From assembly GCF_001194135.2 (NCBI RefSeq), contig NC_068981.1:45971786-46035785 (forward strand): 64,000 bases of DNA. The letters run 5' to 3'. The notes under the pieces are model-generated. The model was not told the DNA's origin. It saw only the letters and a list, made by a program, of their open reading frames with translations, and ran no database searches. Positions 38,961 through 49,674 of this stretch are shown here, one piece after another. Positions within the stretch are counted from its first letter, which is position 1. Each line of letters starts with the position of its first letter. The stretch is from Octopus bimaculoides. Lineage: Eukaryota. A program made the translations under genes and the position numbers.

Positions 38961-40824
38961 TTTCAAGATGTATGGTAGACGTAAGAGTGGGGGCTTGTCC
39001 AGGTGCATGGAAGCAGTGTGAGAGACGGATAAGTGAGAGCTAAAGAGAAGGGTGGTTACAGTAAGAGGACACCTGAAGAATTGTGGGTTCAGTTTCACTG
39101 CTTGGCACCTTGGGCAAGTACCTTCTATGTGCTCATCTCATCTTTGTGCATGTACATATATATGCATGTTTTTAATATTTATGTGTGCGTGGTCATGATT
39201 AGTGGATAATACTGTCGTTGCAACGTAAATGTTAGAGGTATTTGGCGTTGTATTGAGTTTGAGGAAGGGTGCAAAGGCATATGTACATAGTTGTTTCTGT
39301 GTATGTGTATATGCGTACACCTAAGTATATGGTGATGAACGTAAAATGTTACAGGAGATGCATTGGACTGGAAGCTCAGTCGCTGTTTTGCGTTGGTTGG
39401 AACCCCGATCCTGGTTGTAGATTAGCCCGTGTTGAGGATTAACCAATTTTAAGGTGGAATGTCTGAACTATCAGTGGCCATTCGATTGAAGTTCACCAGG
39501 AGGTCGTACGTCTGATGGAAGCAATAAGATAGCTCGTATTTCGTGATGACAGATATTATAGATTGATGCAGAATGAGCGGTCTCTTGCGCAGAGCTGACA
39601 ATTGCAGGCACCGGATGTGTAAAGTTTCCTTCCAGATGTCGCGAAATTTCCAGATGAAACGAAACAAAGAAGTAGTATTCTCTCTGTCCCTTCATCATTT
39701 CGTCCCTTTATCTCCTCATCCATTCATCTAAGCGAATGCTTACGCTGCATAAACCATACATTGAAGGGCGTCGTACTCCTGTAGCACCTTGTGATTCCAT
39801 CGGAATATGTGAGGGTGATTCTGTAGACTCCAGCCCTTGAGAAAAAGGATAATTCTAGAAGGCAGATGGTAGGATTTAGGAAATTTCAGGTTGGGGTTGG
39901 AAGTTGTGCTAGTGCAAGAATTCGTCTGCTGTAGCGTGCAATGTGAGAAGCGATGATATGCATATTATTTTTGCGACTATTACTATTAGAAAGAAAGGAA
40001 AGTATGAGACTATTTGCTTCTTTAAATAAAAATACTTAAAAATTATTCCGGACACACAGTTCCAATATTAATTAAATCACTTCACGCTAAACTGCTTTCC
40101 CAAGAGATGTGTCAAAGGAATACATCTAGCACTTAATATCATTTTACGTAAATATTTGGTGAAATATGTTAAGATGTTTTCGAGAATGGGAATTTATTAT
40201 CAGTTCGTTATCTCCGAGTGAACAATACAAAACAAATATATTGATATAACAGATGAAGTGTAAGGTCGAATTTCAGAATACATACATACATACGAACATA
40301 TACATATGTATGTGTGAGACAGTGTGCGTAGTTTGTGTGTATTGATAATACTCTGCGACCAGAATATAGAAAAAAACTAAATATTAATTAGTCGTTTGTG
40401 AAACTTCCATCAACATCTTTAACCTTAAGGGAAAAGCTACCTACAGAAAAAAAAAAACAACAAACAATATTGAAGGCAAAATTAATAATGTAGCAAATAA
40501 CTGATGATTCTTTCCCTACGTCACGAAAATAAAAATTCTTTCTTCTTTTCATAAAAATATTGAATACATTTTTCTGGCAAGATGCTCTCCCTTTATATGG
40601 CAAAATACGGTTTGAAGCATGAGTGAACTGTATTTCACTAACTATATTGAATTATAGTTATTAGAGTCATGAAAGAAATAATCAACCTGAAACGATTGCT
40701 TTCGTTACTGATTCTTTGAAGAACAATTAGATTACTGCATGTTTGTGACTGACATTCCGCAATTTCTTCATGTTGTTATAAAGGTGTAATTGTTAACGAA
40801 CATTACGAGTGCGTGTCTGCACGT

Positions 40825-40870
<46 letters not shown>

Positions 40871-41899
40871 GCATACACAAATATAGGCACACATATGTGT
40901 GTGTATATCTAGTACATATAAATCCACACTATGAGAGTGTATATTGACTAAATCATACATTTCCACAAGTCTCAACAGATTTTCACCAATCTCTTCACAC
41001 ACGTTACTTACGTCTCATAGATGGTCATGTACTATAACATTTTATCCAAAGCGCCTGTGTAAATTGACGGAAAACACGGTGGTTTACACAGGGTCATTCT
41101 CTAATTCGTTGTATGTACATAGCTTTTTTTTTTGTATGTAGGGTATTCCATACTTTTTAAATCTCTATAGTTGTATGTTGGCATTGGAAAATATCTTTAG
41201 TGGTTATCACATTTTTTATTTATTATTTATTTATGTTATAATTGTGCATCATTAACTTGGTTGGAGAACATTATAAAAGTGAAAGGATTTTGTCTATTTA
41301 TTTATTTCGGCAGTCCACCTTTAATTATTCATTTACATATTGTAATTATGTATTATTACTTGGTTAGAGAATATTGTAAAAGAGAAATAATTTTTACTAT
41401 TTATTTATTTCGACTAGGAACACTGTACGCGATGAATATCCAATTGCAAACAATATTAATCTCCATATTTAATCTCTATTAAACTTTGGCAAGCTTACCG
41501 TTACCTATTTTGAGTTACTTGAAAGGTGATATTTCCTTCCTTCTCTTCTATTTATAGATAACTTGGTTTACCTACGAATGCGTTGTTTCATTTTAAGGAT
41601 GCGTATTTACCCCTCCGTTATGATATTTCTAACGCGACATCTTTTCACTGCCAACTGCTAAAGATTCAGAGCACTATTCGTGGATTGAAGTCAAACTATT
41701 CATGATTTAAGTTTTCATTACGCGAAGTCAGTTTCAAATGGCCATACACTGTAAGCACGTAGCAAATACATTTCTTTAACTTTACTTTTTCAAAAAGGTA
41801 TTATACTGCTATTTTTGAGTGTACCAACCATACTTCTCTCCGAAAAAATAACTTTGTTCGCTATTGAATAAATAAACTCGCAAATGGCTGACTTTATTT

Positions 41900-42100
41900 A
41901 GGTGTGGTTTATGAACGATAAAGCCCCCTGATGTGTGCAATTATCATTATAATTATAATGCATATAATCGGTCTCAATTTGGTCATAGGCAGTATATACC
42001 CATCTTCTGACGCGGCTAAGCAGGAAGAACATTTCATAGAGGCTTTATCGCTCATAAACCAAACCTCAAAAAAAGATAAGTTTGTTGTTTTGGGATGGTT
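41900..42100 (+). mobile_element. RTE-type LINE apurinic endonuclease fragment
   Basis: LNLVIGSIYPSSDAAKQEEHFIEALSLINQTSKKDKFVVLG matches the APE motif (S.YAPT...KE.FY..L...DK..VLGDFN). Confidence 0.6.
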
Positions 42101-42620
42101 GTTGTCTGGAGCTGTTACGGTTCCTCTGTTGAATATAGTTATTGTTATGTGGTTTGTCGTTGCTGATTTTACTATTGTGCCTAATGTATATCTGTATGAT
42201 TGCTGAGTTGCAGGGTCAGTTTCACGGACACTTCCTCTGAAAGGGATGTTTATATTATAGATTTAGTGGTGGCGTAAGTCATTCTTTTAATAATGCGTTG
42301 GGTCCCTAGAATACGTTTGGAAAGGACAGTCATGCAGCAGACATAATCTTTAGCATCGGGAATTACGATTTGGGGTTTCACGTGTAGTAACTATGATATT
42401 CACATATCACATACAGCTTTACAATAAATATTTACCGTGTAGCTATTGAGTGTGATTTAGTTATTAGTGGTGGCGCTGGGTGGTGTTGCTTGGACGAATT
42501 TTGTGTATTGCCCAAAGTAAATTGGTGACGTTGCATTAACTGCGCATGCATAATCTTGAGAATAGCGAATAATTTTAGGCCTCGTGTGTTCATAGATATG
42601 AGATTATTTAGAGTTTTTCA
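42100..42620 (-). mobile_element. Possible L1/CR1-type endonuclease N-terminal relic
   Basis: The minus frame starts NLISMNTRGLK (cf. I.S.NVRGL); the remainder is degenerate. Confidence 0.25.
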
Positions 42621-42697
42621 AGGACATATGAGGTATACATTCAGATTGAGATGGACAATGGGGGGGGGGTGAGACAGGAGTGATTTTTCACTAATTG

Positions 42698-42698
42698 C

Positions 42699-42742
<44 letters not shown>

Positions 42743-42781
42743 CAGAAGCGGCAGCAGCAGCAGTAGCAGCAGCAGCAGTTA

Positions 42782-42814
<33 letters not shown>

Positions 42815-42860
42815 CTGTAGTAGTAGTAGCTGTAGTAGTAGTAGTGTCAGCAGCAGCAGC

Positions 42861-42939
<79 letters not shown>

Positions 42940-42960
42940 ATAGTAGTAGTAGTAGTAGTG
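42698..42960. repeat. Compound (TAG)n/(CAG)n trinucleotide microsatellite
   Basis: Direct tandem; source of the poly-L pseudo-ORF 42779-43054. Confidence 0.95.
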
Positions 42961-43451
42961 TGACAACTGTTATGATGAATCTCTTGTGTTTTTGCCTGGT
43001 CGTTAGAAATTCGAGTAGAGAAACTCTGGCTGACAGCGTTATGGAAGAGGGCATCTACTGAGCTAGTATTGAAGATGGACTGCGGCTGCTGATCTTGTTT
43101 CTGATGTTTATTTGTGGTATAGGGAAGTAGCTGTGGAACATAATGGTAATGATGATGGTTGGTCAGGGAATTCTGAATAAATGCGGAATGCAGATAGCTA
43201 GATACAGAAAGGTCATTGTGCTAATATTAAGACGTAGCTTGGCTGTTGGTCATGTTGTTGTTGTTGCTGCAGTTGCTGTTGTTGTTGAGCAGTAATTGGA
43301 GGACATACCATTCGTTTACTCTTTTACATTTTTACTTGTTTTCGTCATCTGACTGCAGCTCCGCCTTGAAGAATGTTAGCCAAAACTATCAATCACAGTA
43401 CTTTTACCAAACCACTAAGTTACGAGACGTAAACACATTAATACAGGTTGT

Positions 43452-43682
43452 GAAGCACTGATAGGGGACAAACACAGGTACAAAACGCACACAGACATAA
43501 ACACACACGCACACACACACACACACATACATACGAAAAGATACGTTCAGTTTCCATCAACCAAATGAACTCGCAAGAATTTGGTGGTCCCGATGTGATA
43601 GTAGAAGACACTCGCTCAAGTTGTGAAGCAGTGGGACTGAATCTGGAACCATGTGGTTTGGAAACCAACTTATTACCACACA
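43452..43682 (-). mobile_element. SINE (CORE/OR-type)
   Basis: gatagtagaagacactcgctcaag...agtgggactgaatctggaaccatgtggtttggaaaccaacttattaccacaca. Confidence 0.75.
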
Positions 43683-43919
43683 TTTACATAGTAAAAATCT
43701 CCAAAAATGCCAGTGGATTAATTTAAACGAGATGTTCATACGTTTGAGTTTGTTCTGTATCTGCTACTCTGGTCGATTATTGAAAATTTGGATTGTTGTT
43801 TTGGCCAAATTAATCAAATATGAAGCATTTATATTGTCAATTTCAGCAAGACAAAGTCATGCATTTATAAGATTGTTGATATCATTCTCAGATCACGTTT
43901 CTTTATTATTATGATCTGC

Positions 43920-44125
43920 AAGGTTGCGAGCTGCGGAATCGTTAGTGCGCTGGACAAATGCTTTACGGCATTTCGTCTGTCTTTACGTTTTCAGTTCAAA
44001 TGCCTCCAAAGTCGAGTTTGCGCTTCATCCATGAAAATAAGCACAAGTTGAGCACTGATGTCGATATACTCAAGTAGGCCTCTCCCTTAAATTCACAGGC
44101 TTTTGCCTGTAGTGGAAATAATTAC
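43920..44125 (+). mobile_element. SINE (MetaSINE-like family), near full length
   Basis: Head aaggttgcgagctgcggaatcgttagtgcgctggacaaatgctt, then agttcaaatgcc, tail ggcttttgcctgtagtggaaataatt. Confidence 0.7.
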
Positions 44126-45424
44126 TGTCATTATTATTAAACAATGATGGTAATAAAAATAATCCACTCTACTATAGAAATTCTGAGGGTAGGAAAAAGA
44201 AAAATTCGATTACGTTAGTCCTAGTGTTCAACTGGAGTATTATTTTATTGGTCTTGGAGGCATTTGAACTCTGAAGTCCAATCAGAAGAAATGCCGAAAA
44301 CTATTTTCTCCGGTGCAGTAACAACCTTAGTACATTTTCGTCCAGTATCATTATTTCGCGGTCGGACGAAATATTTGCGACATGTATTCTATTTAAAATG
44401 TTCTGATTTAAAATGTTGCTGAGGCTAAGTCTACACATTTGTCTCCCGGAAGAAATACATCAGAGACACCCTAAGGCGATGGAGTGTCAGAAATGTCTTA
44501 TTGTAGAAGAGCACGCTTTACGGTATTTGTCGTAGTCTGTTGTATACTGTGTTGATTTTTTTCCCAGTTCATCAAAGTTCAATGCAACCGGCAATTAGGT
44601 TACGCGTGTTTAATACTATCTGTGACAAACATTGGATCAGAGATATTGTTTAATTATCACTTCAAACTCTTTTTCTTTTGTTTCGGACGTTTTGCATAGT
44701 TTATTGAGCCTTGCGCTTTATCTGTGGTTAAAAGATATACAAAACACACACAACAAGCATTTCCTAAGATTCAAATTTTCTATTTGATAAAAATTCCTTC
44801 ATGTATACGAAAATAATTTTATAAAACTTCTTTTTTTTTTCTTTTGTCTCTTATGACAGCAGTATCGTTATGGTCATTGACCTGATAACGAAGAGAGATA
44901 TTAAATGCCGAAAAGTGATTATATACGTCTATGCTTAGTTAGCTTTCCCCTTCAAGTAGAAAATATTTCGACATTATTCGGATGTAATTATGCGAGAATT
45001 CCATTTTCAGACTTGTATGTAATATTAGATTTCTGAAAGATGCACACAACGTAGTATTACAATACAAAATAATGTTCATCTTTCAGAAATTTAATATTAC
45101 CAAGAATTTTGAAATTGGAACTCTCGGGAAATTACTCTTAAAGAAAGATACATACACACAGATCATGCATGCATAGATATGGATGCACTTTCACTTTCTT
45201 TCATTACGTCTTTCTGCTAGCTGTTTTTGTCTCTCTTTCTCTACCTCACATTCTCTCACTACTTCTTTTTCTTTCCTCCTCTCCTTCCTCTCTCTCTTTC
45301 TCTCTCTGTATTTACAATACATACATACATACATACATACACATATGCATACATACATGCATACATAGATACATATATACATATATGCATACATACATAC
45401 GCACATATATACATACATAAATGA

Positions 45425-46350
45425 GGCTGATAACATCATAAAACTTGGAAAGTAGCTCCTTGAGCAGAATTCCTTATCTAATAAGCTTATTGACATGTCC
45501 AAGGAAGTCGCACAACTCTACCTTAATTTTTCATCAGATGAAAGGATGCGCGTATATCAGCAGAACAAGATGCATAGATATGTTAGTAGAAAGCTCCGAG
45601 ATCATAGCAACATTGATCATTACAGTAGTCTATCGTAAACAACATCGGGGTTACTACCTCCCGCTTTGAAGGGTATGCGTTTGCAATACAGGAACAGGAA
45701 ATATCAACGAAATACCTGATGCAGAATAGGAACAGAGATAAAAGAAAAGCAATAACATGTGACAACTGATGCAGATTTCATGGAGTTAACACCGAAGATA
45801 TCATCCATATCATAAGCAGTTCTCCGAAAATATCGTCACGGTATTATCTACCAATGAAAATGATGTTGGAGCTAGGACACTGTATAACGATATACGTTTG
45901 AAGAATAAACCCAGTGACAAAGAAATAAGAATCCACAGTATGGCTGAAGACATAGCCACTCATAGTAAAAATATGCACTGGTAGAATGTCACACTAAAAT
46001 ACAACATACAAAATGTAAGCATAATGTACATATAATACACTTGGGATAATGGTTTGGGATAGAGTAAAACATCTGTACAGTTGTGGAAATCAGCTCCAAT
46101 CTGATATTAAGATAAAGCTAAGGATCGTCGAAAAAGGAAATACCTACGCTGAACTATTTATAAATTTGCAGATTACAAGTTCAAGTTTATACCTGTAATA
46201 TTAGGGCACTAGGATATGTAACACAACTTAAATACCAATCTTGAGAAATTAGACTTCAAAAAACCAGAAAGGAGAAAGCTGATTCGAAGATTACAGATCT
46301 AATTTATCACTAGATATGTAAAAATCTCTAAAACTTTCTAGGTGTTTATC
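45425..46350 (+). mobile_element. Second R4/Dong-type LINE relic (C-terminal zinc knuckle plus RLE)
   Basis: FEGYAFAIQEQEISTKYLMQNR...CDN*CRF...EDIIHIISSSPKISSRYYLP (CCHC knuckle region), then VEIS..SDIKI...EK..Y..L and YKFKFIPV..GALGYV. The sequence is distinct from the 19-21 kb copy. Confidence 0.8.
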
Positions 46351-46659
46351 ATTTAAGTATATATGAGCATGTCAAAATATGCAAGTATATGCACAAGAAG
46401 ATATGCATAAAACAAAACAAACAAAGATGCACACATACATACATTCACAGACACATATATACATAATACAAAAATACTCTGTTGGTGTTGCTGAAATTTC
46501 AATGAAAGAAATTCGGATCTGGGACAGGAAACAGCTGTTTCTGTTGCCAAGAAATCTGGAATTGAAACTGAAAAATAACATACATACATAATACATACAT
46601 ACATATATGCATCCATACATACATGCATACATGTGTACATACATACATACAGACATACT

Positions 46660-46697
<38 letters not shown>

Positions 46698-47231
46698 NNN
46701 NNNNNNNNNNNNNNNNNNNNNNNNNNNNNNNNNNNNNNNNNNNNNNNNNNNNNNNNNNNNNNNNNNNNNNNNNNNNNNNNNNNNNNNNNNNNNNNNNNNN
46801 NNNNNNNNNNNNNNNNNNNNNNNNNNNNNNNNNNNNNNNNNNNNNNNNNNNNNNNNNNNNNNNNNNNNNNNNNNNNNNNNNNNTCTCTTTTCAAAAATTG
46901 GATGCATGTTTTAGTATAACTGAGAGGAGAGGAGGTAATGAAATATAATTAAATATAGATTAGAATAAGTTTAACGAACAAAGCGGTGTACATTAATTTG
47001 AACTGAAACATCTTATTAAACTTCTTTCTTTCATTATTTTCGTATCATATTCCCTTCTTAATTTATCATATTCTCATTTATGAAATCTAGACATGTTCAT
47101 TCATGGATTAAATTTTCCTCAGAAGTAGGAAATGAAATATTCAGACTAATATATGTTTGATTTCATTTTGAGAGTTGTAGTTTTATCTATTTCTCTTTTT
47201 GAATGTGATATTAAAATATAAAAAAATAGTC

Positions 47232-47452
47232 TTTTCTACTCTAGGTACAAGGCCCGAAATGTGTTTTTTTTTTTTGGTGGGGGGCTGTTAATAGGTCAAC
47301 CCCAGTACGCAATTGGTACTTCCTTTAGCGATCATATAAGGATGAATGGCAAAATCGACCTCGGGGTAATTTGAACTCAGAACGCTAAGAGAGACGAAAT
47401 ACCGCTAAGCATTTCGCCCGGCCCTGCTAATATTTCTGCCTGCTTGACGCCT
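47232..47452 (-). mobile_element. SINE (MetaSINE-like family), full length
   Basis: Reverse complement runs from the head aaggcgtcaagcaggcag...gggcgaaatgcttagcggtatttcgtc through gaggtcgattttgccattcatcc to gggccttgtacctagagtagaaaa. Confidence 0.8.
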
Positions 47453-47614
47453 TAAAATACAAAAATATTGAAACCTCTCGTTGATTATATAACACTTATT
47501 TATTAAGATTAATTTAAATTGAACATAATGTAATACACTATGTATCATGAAATTATATGAATAGCATATGAAATTCTCCCATATCCCTGAACTTACAGTC
47601 ACTTACGCACTTAC

Positions 47615-47753
47615 ACAAATACATCCATTAATGCTATTTTTAGCAACTTCAAGCTGTTAATAGAATTCTTAATTTTTTTTTTTACCTTATCACCTTTAAC
47701 AATTCCTGCTGAGTCTACGAAAACCATGCTCTCTGCTCTTCTTTGACTTACTG
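47615..47753 (-). CDS. Candidate exon of the tentative minus-strand gene (VSQRRAES-MVFVDSAGIVKGDKVKKKIKNSINSLKLLKIALMDVF)
   Basis: Strong acceptor tactcttttctttttttctacag (47754+). The ATG at 47727 is in AGCATGG context. The frame is open to a consensus gtaagt donor (47609-47614, phase 2); an alternative weaker donor AAG/gtaaaa at 47685 is phase 0. No homology confirmed. Confidence 0.38.
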
Positions 47754-48379
47754 CTGTAGAAAAAAAGAAAAGAGTAGTAAATATATAAACTATATTATGT
47801 TTAACCGATCTTATAACTTTAAAAAATTACTCTTAGATACTGCTAAATTCCATTCACTATCAATGTAGGGAACGAAACAGAGTGGTGTGTTGGAAGCTTC
47901 CACTGTCGCCAATCACTCATTATCTCCCTCTTCAGTAAGAGGGAGAAAATATGGAAGAAAAGATTCAGTACATCTACTGACATTTGCCACATTACAAGTG
48001 AATAGCTTTGCTACACTGGCCTAATTCAATTTTACAAATCCAGGCCAATTGCCACCAAAGGCATTTGGGATGTTGCTGGTTGTTATGATCGGCAAATATC
48101 ACTGCAGCTCATTGAGTTGCGGTAGATGTTTGTCATTCTTTACTACATCGATTCAATTTATTTAACAAATTTGCTTTAAGCTGTATTTATTTCCATATCA
48201 CATTCAGCACACACAGACCCACATTTTAACTATTTGTCATTGTAGCATTCCTAATGCATCGTTGTTATTACAATAAAGCTAATTACCGTTAATGTTAGTA
48301 ATGATTACGTGATTCGTTCATGTCATGGCGAGTATCGAGGCTTGTTGTAGTTTACGCTCTCTATTATGGCTATGACGGT

Positions 48380-48760
48380 GGAGGCGCAATGGTCCAGTGG
48401 TTAGGGCAGCGGACGCGCGGTCATAGGATCGCGGTTTCGATTCCCAGACCGTGCGTTGCGAGTGTTTATCTGGCAAAAACACCTACAGCTCCACAAGGCT
48501 CCGGCAGGTGATGGTGGCGACCCTGCTGTACTCTTTCACCACAACTTTCTCTCACTCTTCTTGTTTCAGTTGTACCTGTAATTCAAAGGGTCAGCCTTGT
48601 CACACTGTGTCACGCTGAATATCCCCGAGAACTACGTTAAGGGTACACGTGTCTGTGGAGTGCTCAGCCACTTGCACAATAATTTAACGAGCAAGCTTTT
48701 CCAATGATCAGATCAACTGGAACCCTCGACGTCGTAAGCGACGGAGTGCCAACAACAACA
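48380..48760 (+). mobile_element. Full-length tRNA-derived SINE with RTE-type tail and 13-bp target-site duplication
   Basis: A box tggtccagtgg, B box ggtttcgattccc, and an (aac)n tail. Flanking direct repeats are tatggctatgacg (48365-48377) and tattgctatgacg (48761-48773). Confidence 0.88.
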
Positions 48761-49299
48761 TATTGCTATGACGACCGTGCAATGGTAACATTGGATAAAA
48801 AAATGTATAGTATAAGGAAGTCTTCCGTGCATTATTTCAAAAGTTTATAATCAAAATTTTTATACAAATCTTGCCTGGGACAAACAACAACAGTAACAAT
48901 TCCAGAATAAATAATGCTAGTTTAGCAATAATTGTCAACTAGTTATTTAGCAGTAGTATGAGCTAAATATTATCCACTGCGCTCCACTACATACACTATT
49001 AACCTACCGCATGTAGAAGTGGCCAGCATTTTCTGCCAGATATAGTGTTGATCCACAGACAAGGGTGAATTATAGGAGACATTACATTTTCGGTTTGTGA
49101 GAATTTGAATATTATGTTGCTACCAGAAATCAAAATATTGTAGATGTCTGTCGCTCTTTGGTGCATACATTCAATATAATTTAAAATATTGCATCGAAGG
49201 CATTAAAACTTAATCCAACTATGCAGAAGACACACAGAATTGATAGTAAATAGTTATTTGTTACTAACTTACTAATGACTAAACATCTCATTGGTTATG

Positions 49300-49520
49300 A
49301 TAGATTTTCATTTGATATCGAACTTATTGTCTCTTTCAAGTGAAATGGACATGAGCAGTGATTTTTTAAATATTCTATAAACTCTCCCAAATGAATTTTC
49401 TGCACCTGCAAAACGGATTGTCGCACGCGCATCCACTTCACATTCCCTTTTTAAAATTGATATTGACCAAATTGGTTTTATATATTTTGCCAGCTTGCAC
49501 TTTCTCGACATTGAACTGCA
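49300..49520 (-). mobile_element. RTE LINE fragment (post-RT region)
   Basis: ECEVDARATIRFAGAENSFGRVYRIF resembles the RTE motif EIDARI.KA..AFGRL. Confidence 0.35.
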
Positions 49521-49674
49521 AAGAGAGCGTCATTGAAGATGACTCAGATTAAATTAGGTTGTGAATAGATTTATATTTATTGTTATTGCTTCTCAATATT
49601 ATCGTCCTTAAAATTAGCATTAGTTTGTTATGCTAGCTGATATGAAATGATAATCTCCTATGATATATGAATAA

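Noticed and set aside
40388-40440. Strong minus-strand acceptor followed by GSFSLKVKDVDGSFTND*
   Set aside because: It sits on a T-run that mimics an acceptor, stops quickly, has no credible donor, and does not fit the phase of the upstream candidate.
40495-40535. Other CTGATGA hits (e.g. 40501 plus, about 9385 minus, about 4610 plus)
   Set aside because: None has a stem II followed by GAAA at the right spacing, so they are not hammerheads.
42779-43054. Poly-Leu ORF resembling a membrane or signal protein
   Set aside because: It is the reverse translation of the (TAG)n/(CAG)n microsatellite.
47615-47653. 39-nt exon (LEVAKNSINGCIC) after the short donor at 47685
   Set aside because: It would need a 32-nt intron (47654-47685), which is implausibly short.
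48380-48455. tRNA-like sequence with A and B boxes
   Set aside because: It is the head of a SINE with body, tail and TSD, and no complete cloverleaf or acceptor stem is evident.
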